This document shows, piece after piece, positions 1-16,455 of a stretch of DNA of 64,000 nt (position 1 is the stretch's first letter; each line of letters starts with the position of its first letter). A program made the translations under genes and the position numbers. A model generated the notes under the pieces. It was not told the DNA's origin. It made no database searches and was given only the letters and a program-made list of their open reading frames with translations. The DNA is from the human T2T-CHM13v2.0 reference genome, Homo sapiens: assembly GCF_009914755.1 (NCBI RefSeq), contig NC_060925.1; one strand, written 5' to 3'.

Positions 1-19
1 CTTCTTTGTTGATATATTT

Positions 20-196
20 TACTTATTTACTGTCTGTCTCTCCCACTAGGATGTAAACTCCATGAGGGCAGAAAACAAGCACAGGTACAACCCAACTTAT
101 CCTTCAAGTGTCAGCTCAAATATTGTTCTTCATATACGTAGGGCCTGGCACATAGTAGTTGGTGGATAGATGAATGAATGAATGAATGAATGAATG
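20..196 (+). mobile_element. L2 3' end with (TGAA)n tail
   Basis: ctcccactaggatgtaaactccatgagggcag...cctggcacatagtag followed by tgaa repeats at 171-195. Confidence 0.75.
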
Positions 197-373
197 GAAA
201 AGGAGTGAGGCAAAAGGCAGCGGCCTTAAAACAGACATATAAATCAGACTGAGGTTGTGCAAAAAAAGTATTTCTGAAACTGAGATACTCCACAAAATCC
301 ATGGTGTCAATAATATAGTATCATTTATAGACCTTGTAATTATTTGTTTTAGGTTAAATAAACAGTGTCAATT

Positions 374-956
374 TGATACTAGCGGGATAGGTGAGGTCCT
401 GAAATGCTGGTGGGACCTCGACCCTGGCCAGTGTCCAGGTTCTTGACAACATGGTAAGAAGGAATTCAACGATGAATCAGAAAGTAGTGAAAGTACGAAG
501 ATTTACTGCAAAGCAAAAAATACACACTCAAGAAAAGGGAGTGCAGGCATACATAAGAGAGAGTCACGTGCATGGGGGTTTGAGGTAGCTACCTTTAGGG
601 TTTTCTTTAACTAAGGGGTGGAATATTCATGAAAATTCCTAGAAAAAGGTAGAGATTTCTCAGAACTGTTGTGTCAACCATTAACTATGGGTGTCCCTGG
701 AACTGTCATGGCACTGATGGGTGATTTAGCATGTTAATGAGTATATAATAAGGTCCTAGGTGAAACTTAGATCAAATCTAGCACCATGTTGGGTCCAGTT
801 GGGTCTTAGCCAGCGTGATCTACATCCTGGTTTTGGGGATCTTATAAGCCCCTAGCTTCTGTGGGTATTTCAACAGTTTCCTTTTCCTAGTCATGTGAAA
901 CTGCTGCCTGGAATTTTCTATTCTCCTGCAGCCACCCCTGTATTATTTCTGTCTCA
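374..956 (-). mobile_element. Solo LTR, ERV1/MER4-group-like (subfamily not resolved)
   Basis: TG...CA termini, near-matching 4-bp flanks (aatt/catt), LTR-like composition. Confidence 0.55.
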
Positions 957-3900
957 CATTAGTTCAGGTTGTTACAAAATAAATTGCCTCAAAGTTGTTC
1001 ATTTAATATCAAAATTGTGGCAATATTTTAAATTGGAAAACCTGGCAATTCTTGTCACTTTCATATCACAGAGCTAATTATGGAAGCAAATAAAGTTGAA
1101 AAGTTCTTCAGACTTGAATATATGCTACAAAATGATACCTTCAAAATGACTGTCCTAACTAAAAAAGAAAAGGTAAAATAAGTCATTGTTTAACATTGGC
1201 TATTTAACTATTGTCTACCACCATGGAGCCAGTTCTATTAAAGTATATCTCTCAAGAAAAGAGTACCTTGCCATATATATTAAATGCTAAATATGCTTTA
1301 AATAACTGGTAGTTATGAATATGATTTAAATAATTGGTATATATAGCTTCCGTTTTGCTTTATAGAATACTAACATTGAAAAGTTAATTAATGAAATGCA
1401 CATTAAGGAAGATAGTGTTTTAATAGTCTATATCATTCCCAATAACAAGCTTTGACTTGCTACTGTAGAACAGAATGACCAGGTGTTATTCTTCCCCACT
1501 TCAAAAGAAGAATGCTATTCTGATAAGGATTTTTGTTATTATTAAGTGCTAACTGCCTGAGATATTTTAAATATTTACATTATTTGGTGAGTGGAAGTCC
1601 TAATCTCTCTTCTAATTACATTTTTCTGCAAGCATCCTGCCAAACAGCCTTCAAAACAACTTACATTTAAAGAGCTCTTTGCATTTTTTTTACCCAATCT
1701 GTCCCAATTTTTAGGAATAAAACAGCAAATCTTAGCTAGGAATTTACTTTTCAACTGTGAATGTCAAAGATTACACCAATTTTAAGGAGGTTTTTTTTTT
1801 AACTTTTACAAATTGAAAATAGTTCTCTGAACTATCAAGAAAAAACTAAAAATTGAAATCTGTTTCTTAATAGAAGCATTAAGATCATAAATCATGGCAG
1901 GCAGAGGGGAGAAGTCATCTCAAAAGGGTAAAGTGCAATCCCCTAAGAACAGAACACTTGAGCTCAGCCTAAAGGGCATATCTTCAAATTGCACATGTTG
2001 GTTTGTTATTTTAGAACTGCTCTTGAGAGCTGGGGTTATAGGAAAGGCCTTGTTTCCATTGGCTGCTATAAATAAAATGTGAACCATTATATCATCTCTT
2101 AAGAGAGTTTTATAGAAACACCAGGCATAGCTTCAAGTATAGCAATTTATACAAGTACCTCTCTAAATATATGTCTTGGAATCGTTGCTAAACCAGGTAA
2201 TAAGGGACATTACCACTTTTGCTAAGGCATATTTGTGTGACAGATTAGACCCTGTTTAGGCACCTATTTACAGGTCAAAGCCTGCAGGCCTTGAAAAGAG
2301 AAAGCAGGGAGTTCACCCCGCCTGGCCTCCAGCTCCAAGGCAGCTGTGTAATCCCACTGAACCTGTTTGGCAGCTCATGCAGTAACTGCTGCAGCTTGCA
2401 GATAAGACCCTCTTGGAAAGCCTGATAGCCCTTGTCAATAATGAAGCCTCAAGAGCAACTGGAATTTTCTAAAACATCAAAACACATTATCTGATTTGTG
2501 CTGATACCCAGTCATTACAGAGAGCCAGTTGAGTAAGATTTTTGTTAAGGAAAGATAGATGTCTTTGCTTCTTTAAAGGTGTCATATGTAAATCTCAAAT
2601 CTTACCTTGATCATAAGCAACCATTGTTTGCTTACCTGTTGCATCACTGAAGCAAAATAAGTCATACTAGCCACAAAAACAAGACTAACATTGGATTTCC
2701 ACAGCTCTTTCGGCAGTGGGCTGGAAAGTGCTATTAAAACATGGCTGTTTCATAATTTCCCTATTGGGTAGGTATTACAAGATCTCATTTTTTACATGAT
2801 CATGAATTTTATTGCCTCTAGAAAAGCAGAACTGGTCTAGGTTAGGGGGCAAATGAGTGCCCTACCTGCAACCCATAACAAAGTGAGGCTTTTAGCCAGA
2901 GGAGGAATGAAGCTGTTTAGCACTCTGGATCCAGGGCTACGTACTAAGGCGTCTCACTCAGGGAATATGGAATGTTCCTGAAATTCTGCTGGGTCTATCC
3001 TTTTTGCTTTTCAAAAACCTGGTCACTGAAGAGAGAATATATTTATTAAATCTAGATACCAATAAACCTCTCATTGTGAAATAAAAGAAAAGTTGCTGGA
3101 ATACAATACTCAAAAAGACCATGAAGATGTTTCAGTCAGAGAAAGAAGAAAAAGACTGCGTGGGTAGACAATGACAAGAGGGCTGGAATGTAGAAGCCCA
3201 GGGGAGTCAGAAAAGAGAAAAATGTGTTTATGTGTCTGGCGAAGCTGTTTGAAACAGTGCCCTATCTCTCCGTGTCTAATCAGTCACAGTTTATGCTGAT
3301 AGAGCTTTCACTGCTGTCTTTTCCCTTTAATACCACTTCATAGTGTAACAGGTAGAGTTCCTTTCACAGTTATGACTTAGCTTTTCTTTTGTAAACAGCT
3401 TTTCACTTATTTAAAAGAAGTTGTACATACATATGAATGGACTCACAAGGAAATAATGAGAAACACTATAAATTCTGTGTTGAGGCTGTAGAAAGCCAAA
3501 GTGCTCTAATAATAAGTTTGTTATAGTATAGTTGATAACCGAAAAGTTCAATCAGATTTAAAGAAGCAGAGTGAGGGAATAAACCATGAAATAGCAGGTC
3601 TCAGAATATGAGGTTGTGGGCCATTGAAGAAAAAAAATTAAAGGAATTCATAAAAAGTATTAAAAGAAAATAAACCTTTTAACAAATTTTGTTCTTTTGA
3701 ATCACAGTGAAAAGTTTCTCTCTCAATAACAAAATCTTAGTCAGACGTAACTGACTAAGTTTGCTACGTTTTATTACCTAAGGTAGCAAACTGGAAAGAA
3801 ACACTTAAAAGTACTTAAATATTTTTATTGTTTTAAATCAAGTTTAAATAAAGGAAGAGACGATTCAATATTGCCTAAGTATTTTCATGACATTTCAAGT

Positions 3901-5122
3901 TTCTTCCTAAATTAATATCTAATTTAACAAGAAGTTTATTGAGGATTTTCATTCACTTATTTATTTCCCCAATAATGAAAACGGCTTTATGCTTTTCTGA
4001 CTATATAAGTAATGAATTTTTAAAAAATTCAAAAACAAGTTATAGACAGAAAGAAAGTAAAAATGTCCTGAAACCTCATCACCCTGTGATAACCACGTTA
4101 ACATTTTGGCACCTGTCCTTTCACACATCACACATCTCCGTATACACATTTATATAAAGAGAGTAACATGCATGCTATTCTTATTATGGCCCTTAATTTT
4201 TAAAATATTGCTTGGTTGGTTGTTTTCTTCATCTTTGGGAATCAATATCAAAATATGGTATACATATGTTCTTTTCCTTCCCCATGCTTATGAAATCAGA
4301 TACATATATACCCTGTGTGTCTGTGGGTAATAGGCATTCTATGCATTTTGCCTCTCTCATCTAAACTGTCATGGATTCCCCTCCAAAAACCCTGGATAGT
4401 TCTAAATCATTCTTTTTAATAGCTGCATAATTTTTCTATTGTATGCATGAAGCATAATTTATTTAATCGTTTTTCTACCTAACACTTAATTTTTAACTTT
4501 TTTTATCCCAGTGGCACACCAGGATGCAGTAAATATCTTTCTGTGTGTAGCTTTTCATACTAATGCTTTTACGTAAGTAGGAAAATTCTTCCTACGAATA
4601 GATTGCTGAGAAAAAGAGTATATATCTTTTTAATTTTAATTTCGCTTTCCAAAATACTATAACAATTCACATTTCTATTAGCAATGTGTGAAAATAGCCT
4701 TTTCCACATATTCCTGAAAGCAGTAGCTGTTATCCCTTTTTCATTTTTGCCAATATGATGTCTGTAGAGAGAAAGCTCACTTGTTTCTTCAATTTGCAGT
4801 TCCCTGACTCCCCGTGAGATTAATCGTTTTGGCATCTTTTTCTATGTTTAGAGGCCATCTTGGATTTGCTCTTACGTGAATTGCCTGTTTACGTCCTTTG
4901 ACTGTTTTTTTAATTATGTGACCTTCTTAGCCTTTTGTGCAGTAAAACTCTTAACCTTTTATTTTTCACATGCACTGGAAATATTTTTCCTAATTTATTA
5001 TTTGTCTTTTTAATTTGTCTGTGGTATTTTTTTCCACACTATAATATTTCTTATATTTGAGTAGTTCTCTCCTTTTACTTTTACAGCTTCTGGGTTTCCT
5101 GCTAAAAAATCCCTCCAACATC

Positions 5123-5575
<453 letters not shown>

Positions 5576-5599
5576 TAGGGCTAAATTTTCATCATTACC

Positions 5600-5905
5600 T
5601 TTTTTTTTTTTTTTTTTTTTTAAGAGACAGAGTCTCATTCTGCCACCCAGGAGTGCAGTGGTGTGATTGTAGCTCACTGTAGACTCGAGCTCCTGGGCTC
5701 AAGTAATCTTCTCATCTCAGCCTCCTGCGTAGCTGGGACTATAGTTATGCACCACCACACCCAGCTAATTTTTAAATTGTATTTTTGTAGAAATGCGGTC
5801 TCACTACGTTGCCCAGGCTGGTCTTGAATTCCTGGTCTCAAGCAGTCCTCCCACCTAAGCCTCCCAAAGTGCTGGGATTACGGGTATGAGCCACCACACC
5901 TGGCC
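5600..5905 (-). mobile_element. AluJ
   Basis: Poly-T followed by antisense Alu dimer. Confidence 0.9.
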
Positions 5906-6555
5906 CCATTGTTACATTTTTAACATTTATAACTCAAGTCCATCTGAAATTTGTTTATATAGTATAAGGTAAGAGTCTCACTTTTTAGTCTAACCTATAG
6001 AGAGAGGCATTTATCAGCTAAATATGTGAAGCAAATCATTCTTAACCACTGAATCGAAGTATAACATTTTGCATTTACTAAGTTACCGTATGTCCTGGGA
6101 CCAGGGGTACATCCAAAATATAAACAATTAAAACAGTATGGGCACAGACCAGTCAGAACAGATGCTGTCTGTAAACCACTGCAACAGGGATATAGTGCAA
6201 ACCAAGAGGATAGCAGTCCTGCCTTGAATCTATTTCTGGGTTCTCTATTCTGTTTCAATGACATACTTGTCTATTCCTATGCCAGGATCATATTGTTCTA
6301 ATTTCAGTCACCTTTGAAGTATTTTAACATTTGAGCAAGCATGTCCCACACATTATTTTATTTCATAATTTCTCTGGCTGTTCTTGGACATTTATTTGTA
6401 CACATGAATTATAAGTTATGTTTATCCAGCTCCCAAAAATAAACTATTCTTGTGTAAATAAACTGTGATAAAGTTATATCAGTTTTGGAAGATGTTACAG
6501 AAACTACAATTTCTCTTTTACTATTCTCCTCTTCTTCCTTCCCAGTAAATGTTTC

Positions 6556-6855
6556 GGCCAGTTGCAGTGGCTCATGCCTGTAATCTCAACACTTTGAGAG
6601 ACTGAGGCAGGAAGATCACTTGAGGCCAGGAGTTTGAGACCAGACTGGGTAACATAGTGAGTTCCCATCTCGACAAAAGATTTCAAAAATAGCTGGGCAT
6701 GGTGGTGCATGCCTCTAGTACAAGCTTTTCAAGAGGCCGAGGCAGAAAGATTGCTTGAGCCCAGGAGTTCAAGGCTGCAATGAGTTATAATTGCACCACT
6801 GAACTCCAGCCTGGATGACAGAGTGAGATCCTGTCACTTAAAAAAAAAAAAAAAA
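6556..6855 (+). mobile_element. AluJ
   Basis: Alu dimer with poly-A tail. Confidence 0.9.
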
Positions 6856-6859
6856 TTTC

Positions 6860-8090
6860 GGCTGGGCACGTAGTCCACTAGAATAAAGGCTCCATTTCCT
6901 AGCCTTCTTTGCAGGTACCAGTATGCATGTGACTAAGTTCTAGCCAATGAGATGTTAGCAGAATTAATATATGTAACTTTCAGGAAGTGCTTTATAGTAA
7001 TACTTTAGGGCAGGGCCACACAGCAGGAGGGAAGCAGTGAGCGAACAAAGCTTCATTTGTTTTTACAGCTGCTCCCCATCACTCACATTGCCACCTGAGC
7101 TCCACCTCCTGTCAGATCAGCGGTGGCATTAGATTTTTGTAGGAGTGTGAACCCTAATGTGAACTGTGCATGTGAGGGATCTAGGTGCGGCTCCTTATGA
7201 GAATCCAATGCCTGATGATCTGTCACTATCTCCCATCACCCCCGGATGCGGCCATCTAGTTGCAAGAAAACAAGCTCAGGGCTCCCACTGATTCTACATT
7301 ATGGTGGTTTGTATAATTATTTCATTATATATTACAATGTAATAATAATAATAGAAATAAAGTGCACAATAAATGTAATGTAGTTGAATTATTCCGAAAC
7401 CATACCCCCACCTTGGTTCATGGAAAAACCGAGGTGCTTTTGGCACCAGTGACTGGTTTCTTCCACAAAACCAGTCCCTGATGTCAAAAAGGTTGGGGAG
7501 TGCTGCTTTAGGGCACTGCCCAGACACCACTTCAGAGCTGCTGAACTCATTCCCTCAGCTGTTGGCTCTCAGCTGCATCCTGCTTCAAGAACTGCTGCAG
7601 GGAGCCACCTCGCCTAACATTGCTTCCTCTTCCCAGGGCTGCCCATCAACCCACCTCCAATGACTGGTCGGTCCAGTCCCCTTGCTTTAAGGGAAATCAA
7701 TGCTAAAGAGCTACGACACTTCCAGAACTCCTCGAGGAACTGGCTGAGGCCTTTGTTGCAAATTTTGTGGTAGCTCTTTGCCCAATAACTCTTCCCCCAG
7801 ATATTTATCCCAAGATCACTTCGCAGTAAACTTCCTGCTGTCAATCTCTGGCTCAGAGTCTATTCGCCTGGAACCCACCTTAGATGTGTCCTCAAAGGGA
7901 AAGGGCATGCTCTCTCCTCCTGCTGGCTGGGTGAAGACATGGCAGAGCATCAAGGGAAAAGAAGCCTGAGGCTCTGGCATTGCGGAGCACCTTACCAGCC
8001 CTTGAAGGGCCTACCCAGACTTTTACATAGAGAAAAATAAGCTTCTAGGTTGTTTAAACCACTGTTAGTATGAATATGCCCTAATATACA
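6860..8090 (+). mobile_element. Old MLT1-type LTR interrupted by MER1A and an LTR16-like segment (about 7514-7882)
   Basis: MLT1 motif (atgtgactaagttctagccaatgagat) and LTR16-like 3' end (aatctctggctcagagtct). Confidence 0.55.
7011..7505 (+). mobile_element. MER1A (hAT-Charlie DNA transposon)
   Basis: Recognisable MER1 body; perfect 8-bp TSD CTTTAGGG at 7003-7010 and 7506-7513. Confidence 0.88.
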
Positions 8091-9014
8091 ATAATTAACT
8101 TTTTTTGTGATATTAAATTCTCCCATCCTAGAACACGTTGAGATCTTTTTTTGTACCTCTCAAAAAAATCTTATCATTTTCTTCATATGGGTCTCATACT
8201 GTTCATGTTAAATTTATTTAGAAATAATTTATAATTATTTCACTACTGCAAATAATCACTACTTAGTGATTTTTTTTACTTCTTATTTTTGTTTTTATTT
8301 TCTTGAGACAGGGTCTTGCTCTGTCACCCAAGCTGAGTGCAGTGGCATGATCAGAGCTCATGGTTGTTTTCAGTATAGTGAAAAGAAATTATAGTGGTTT
8401 ATTTGTTTTTACTTTTTGCTTCAGTTTTTATTTTAGATACAGGGAGTACATCTGGAAATGTGTTACATGGGTATGTTGCACTCAAGTAGTGAGCATAGTA
8501 CCCAATAGGTAGTTTTTCAATTCAGTCCCTTATCTTTTGTTCCCATGTTTATGTCCATGGATGCTCGATGTTTAGCTCCCACTTATAAGAAAGAACAATG
8601 CAGTATTTGGTTTTCTGTTTCTGTGTTAATTCTCTTAGGCGTATGGCCACCAGCTCCATCCATGCTGCTGCAAAGGACATCATTTCCTTCTTTCTTATGA
8701 CTGCATAGTATTCCATGATGTATATGTACCACATTTTCTTTATCCAGTCCATCACTGATGGACACCTACGTTGATTCCATGTCTTTGATATTTTGAATAG
8801 TGCAGCAATGAACATATAAGCGTATGTGTCTTTTTGGTAAAATGATCTATTTCCCTTTGGGTATATACCCAGTAATGGGATTGCTGGGTCAAATGGATCT
8901 CTGTTTAAAGTTCTTTGAGAAATCTCCAAACTGCTTTTCACAGTGGCTGAACTAATTTACATCCCAACAGTGTTAAGAATTCCCTTTTCTCTGCAGCCTT
9001 GCCAGCATCCATTG

Positions 9015-9327
<313 letters not shown>

Positions 9328-11016
9328 TGTTTTTTTGACTTTTTAATAATGGCCATTCTGAGTGGTGTGAGGTGATATCTCACTGTGGCTTTGATTTGCA
9401 TTTCTCTGATGATTAATGATGATGAACATTTATTCATATGCTTGTTAACCACATGTATGTCTTCTACTGAAAAGTGTTCATGTCCTTTGCCTATTTTTTA
9501 ATAGGGCTGTTTTTTGCTTGTTGATTTAAGTTCCTTATAGATTCTGGATGTTGGACCTGTGTCACATGCATAGTTTGCAAATATTTTCTCCCATTCTGTA
9601 GATTGTCTGTTTACTTGTTAGTTTCTTTTGCTGTGCATAAGCTCTTTAGTTTCATTAGTTCCCACTGTCAATTTTTGATTTTGTCTCAATTGCTTCTGGG
9701 GACTTAGCCAAAAATTCTTTGTCCAGGCTCATGTCAAGAAGGGTATTTCCTAGGTTTTCTTTTAGGGATTTTATAGTTTAAAGTCTTACATTTAAATCTT
9801 TAATCCATCTTGGGTTAATTTTTGTATATGGTGAAAGGTAAGGGTCCGGTTTCATTCGACGTATGGCTAGCCAGTTAGCCCAGTGCTATTTATTAAATAG
9901 AGTGTCCTTTCCCCATTGCTTGTTTTTGTAGACATTGTCAAAGATCAGATGATTGTAGGTGTGCAGCTCTATTTCTGGACTCTCTATTCTGTTCTAGTGG
10001 TCTATGTGTCTGTCTTTGTACCAGTACAACGCTGTTTTAGTTACTATATCCTTGTAGTATATAGTTCGAAGTCAGGTAGTGTGATGCCTCTGGCTTTGTT
10101 CTTTTTGCTTAGGATTGCTTTGGCTATTCAGGCTCTGTTTTTTCCATGTGAATTTTAGAATAGATATTTCTAATTTAGTGAAGAATAACATTGGTAGTTT
10201 GATAAGAGTAGCATTGAATCTGTAAATTGCTTTGGGCAGTATGGTCATTTTCATGATACTGATTCTTCCAATACATGAGCATGGAATGTTTTTCCATTTA
10301 TTTGTGTCATCTCTGATTTCTTTCAGAAGTGTTTTGTAGTTCTTCTTCTAGACAACATATTTTACCTACTAGGTTAGCTCTGTTCGTAGATATTTCATTT
10401 CCTTTGTGGCTATTGTAAATGGGATTGTGTGTTTTATTTGACTCAGCCTGGACATTATTGGTGTATAGAAATACTACTGATTTTTTCATATTGATTTTAT
10501 ATCCTAAAATCTTACTAAAATCATTTATCAGTTCTAGTAGCCTTTTGGTGGAGTGCTTAAGGTTTTCTAGGTATGGAATCATATCATCAGCAAAGAGAGA
10601 TAGTTTGACTTCTTTTCCTGTGTGGATGCCTTTTCTTTCTTTCTCTTGCTTGACTGCTCTTGCTAGGACTTCCGGTACTATGTTGAATAGGAATGGTGAG
10701 AATGGGTATTTTTGTCTTGTTCCAGTTCTCACAGGGAAGCGTTCCAGCTTTTGCCCATTTTGTATGATGTTGGCTATGGGTTTGTCAATGATGGCTCTTA
10801 TTATTTTGAGGTATGTTCCTTTGAGGCCTAGTTCGTTGATGGTTTTTATCATGAAGAGATGTAGAATTTTACTGAAAGCTTTTTCTGCATCTATTGGGAT
10901 GACTGTATGGTTTTTGTTTTTAATTATATTTATGCAATGAATCACATTTATTGATTCACGTATGTTGAACCAGCCTTGCATCCCAGAAATGAAGCCTATT
11001 TGATTGTCCTGTATTA

Positions 11017-11284
11017 ATTTTTTTTTTTTGAGACGAGATCTTGCTCTGTAGTTCAGGGGTGCAATTTCAACTCACTACAACTTCCACCTCCCAGGCTCAA
11101 GTGATTCTCTCACCTAAGCATCCGAGTAGCTGGGACTACAGGCACATGCCACCATGCTTGGCTAATTTTTAAATCTGTTGTAGAGATGAGGTCTTATTAT
11201 ATTGCCCAGACTGGTCTTGAACTCCTGGACTCAAGCAATCCTCCCAAAGTCTGGGATTACTGGCATGAGCCACCACTTCTGGCC
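11017..11284 (-). mobile_element. AluJ-like element inserted in L1
   Basis: Antisense Alu with TSD tgtattaa. Confidence 0.85.
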
Positions 11285-11429
11285 TGTATTAACTTTTTGA
11301 TGGGCTGCTGGATTTGGTTTGCTAGTATTTTGTTAAAGATTTTTGCATCTGTGTTCATTAGGGATATTAGCCTGAAGTTTCCTTTAGAAATTATAGTTCT
11401 TTACAGAGTGTACTGAGATGATTTGTTTT

Positions 11430-11603
11430 TCTTTCTTTTTTTTTTAAGGGACAGAGTCTCCCTATGTTGTCCAGGCTGCAGTGCAGTGGCTATTCACAGG
11501 CAGGATCATAGCACACTGCAGCCTTGAGCTCATGGGCTCAAACAACCCTCTTGCCTCAGCCTCCTGAGTAGCTGGGACTATAGGCATGTGCCACTGTGCC
11601 TGA
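11430..11603 (-). mobile_element. FAM (fossil Alu monomer)
   Basis: Retains the 7SL-like segment tggctattcacaggc. Confidence 0.75.
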
Positions 11604-11611
11604 CAAGATGA

Positions 11612-12985
<1,374 letters not shown>

Positions 12986-14860
12986 TTTTGTCATGAAAAT
13001 TTCCAGCAAGGGCCCATCATAATAGACAGATGGTGAGTACTTTGTCCTTCAAGTCAATTCAAAGGCTTACATATTCTGAAATTATGGTAACTTAGTCATT
13101 ACTCATTGTATTAGAAAAGGACAGGTAATGTGATCGTATATTGAATGTCAATACAACAAAGGTTTATTTCTCATTCCACATGTCCAGTTTGAATTACTGG
13201 GGGTTGGGAGGTGGACCTGCTCCAGTTAGTCATTCAAGGACCCAGGTGAATGGGGGCTCCCAGTGGCTTCAAGGGGAGAAAAATCAGGGAGAATTCACAT
13301 CCATTCTGAAATGCTTTGCACCAGATGTCATCTACGTTTCTTTGACTTACTGTCCCTTGATGAGAACTGGTCATGAGGCCTTAGCTTATTGCAAAGGGGC
13401 TGGGAAGCATGGTTTTCCTGTATTCCCAGGAAAGAGAGGAGAACCAGATATATGCAAGGAGTGACGTATCTGTCACGTCTATTCCACTCTTCACGGTGAT
13501 TTCAATCTGTTGTGATGTTTTTTATCCAGTCATTCTCCAAAATGATGATATAAAGCATATAAACAGAATTGGACAAAAGTTGTCCATACAAAGAGTATTA
13601 CAGTTGGGGATGACATTTTTGACAAAGGTCGTATCAACAATAACAATGACAGTTATAAAAATAACTATAACTTATTGAGAACTTATTGTTAGTGAAAGAC
13701 TTTTCCTGGATTATCTCATGCTGAGAAATTATTCCTAGTATTATTTGAATGTTATAGATAAGGAAATGAGGCTCAGATAGCTTAAGCAATTGGCCCAAGG
13801 TCACAGGTCGTAAGGAACAGGGGCAGGAACTGAATTCAAGAGGGCTGAACCCAAGATCCAGGTCTTACCCACTGTGGCACAGAGTAGCAAATGTATCACA
13901 GCTGTGACCAGTGACATGCTGTATAAACAAGCTATGATTCGAAGCCTCTCTAACCCTTTACAGTGACAATATCATGCTTTGATTCACATAAGTTGGTACT
14001 AGAAAGCTTCTTAGAGATCATCTAGTACAACTCTTTCTATTTTCTTCAAAAGAAATTATGTTAGGATGAAGTTAAGTCATACCACCTGGAAAAGAAGTTT
14101 CTTTTTCCTCTATATCTCAGTTTTAGTGTGAATGGTCTAGGTCTTCAGGGTAAATTTGCTCCTCATGATCACTCAAGGACTGAGATTCCTTTTAGGAAAT
14201 TGCTGTGCCCTCTCATAGGGCTTTGTCATCAAAGCGAGGCCACCATGTCCAAGTTCCAGCCAGCAAGAAGCGGGAAGAGAGCACGCACGAGGTACATCTA
14301 GGCTCAGCCTTCCAAAACCTTAATGAAAACAGAAGGGGAAAGGAGAAAGAAGCCCCAGAGGGCAGGAATAAATGGTGAAAAGAGAACATGACATTCCTTT
14401 GTTTTTGTGGTAGGAGGTGATATTATGGGCTGAAAGTAGAGAATTTTATCAGCCGGGGGTTAAAAAATATACACCAGAGAACAAAACTGCTTCATGTCTT
14501 TTCCCTCTTTTTTCTTTCTGTCCACCTCCTCTTATTACAAGTGTACTTACGAGGAAGGGAAAGGCTGGTGCATGTCAGTGAGCCAGCACCTCATCCCTCC
14601 AAAGAAAAGGAGCACTGAAAAGTGGGACGTGCTTTTATCCTGAAATGGTTAACAGGGATGCTGGGACTGAGGTTTTTCTGGTTAATGGAACTTTCAATTA
14701 AGCCATTGATCAGAAAATTATTTTGCTTGTTTTGTATCTTTAAGTAAATTTTTAAAAGTAAGTGATGCAGTCACATTGTTTAGAAATGAAAATGATATTA
14801 AAAGATATACACAGAGATGAGTATCAGAGGAACACACCCCTGTTCCCAATCCTGTTGTGA

Positions 14861-15427
<567 letters not shown>

Positions 15428-16112
15428 TAAAGTTTGACATTGTTAGTGTCTACCCCAAACTCCTCCTGCCCTCTATATGTGAATATTTTTATTGGTTTCT
15501 TACATGGTGACAGTATTTCCTAATACAAATGCAAGTAAGTATGAATATATATTCTTATCTTCCCCTTTCTTCCACAAAGAGTAGTATAAGTAAATATATC
15601 TTCTCCAAATTTCTTATTTCATTTTATTGTATATCCTGGATATCTTTCCACAATCATATGGAGAGTTTTTTATTTTCCTCATTTTCCCCACTGCGTAATG
15701 TTCCATTGTACCACAGTTATTTAACCAGTTCCCTATGACACTTGAATTACTTCTAACATTTTGCTATTATAAACAATGTTTCAGTTAATAACTAGTACAT
15801 ATATCGTACATGGACAGGCATAGCTCCAGGATACATTCCCAGAAGTGAGACTGGTGGGTCAAAGAGTCAATATATTTGTAATTTCTGTAAATATTGTCAA
15901 ATTGCTCTCTATATGGGTTGGACTATTTTGTCTTCCTACCCGCATTGTAAGGGTGTGCTGTGTTCCCGCTGCCTTACCAACAGAGTGTGTTGTTAAGTGG
16001 AATTTTTCTAATCCCCATTTGTTAAGAAATACCATTTACAAGTAGTTTTAATTTGCACTTCTCATAAAAATATATATTTGATTCAACTATTGTGAAAAAT
16101 AACTTAGAAACT

Positions 16113-16455
16113 AGCCAGGTGCAGTGGCTCATGCCTATAAGAGATCCCTCAGGGGATCCTCCTGCCTTGGCTTCCCAGAGTACCAAGACAGGAGGATCTC
16201 TTGAGGCCAGGAGTTCAAGACCAGCCTGGGCAACATAGCAAGACTCTGTCAGTACAAAAAAAAAAAAAAAAAACAATTAGGCAGGTGTAGTGGTGCACCT
16301 GTAGTCCCAGCTACTCTGGAGACTGAGGTAGTAGGATCACTTAAGCCCAGAAATTCGAGGCTGTAGTGAGCCATGACCATGCCACTGAACTCCAGGCTGG
16401 GTGACAGAGCAACAGAGTAACACATCGTCTCTAAAAAAAGAGAGAAAGAAAGAAA
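16113..16455 (+). mobile_element. AluJ with an internal inverted segment
   Basis: Alu dimer; left arm is rearranged at 16138-16182. Confidence 0.85.

Noticed and set aside
10419-10940. 173-aa ORF on the + strand
   Set aside because: Antisense shadow of L1 ORF2
10307-10981. 224-aa reverse-transcriptase-like ORF
   Set aside because: Fragment of a 5'-truncated, frameshifted, Alu-interrupted L1 ORF2; not a functional gene or a new RT system
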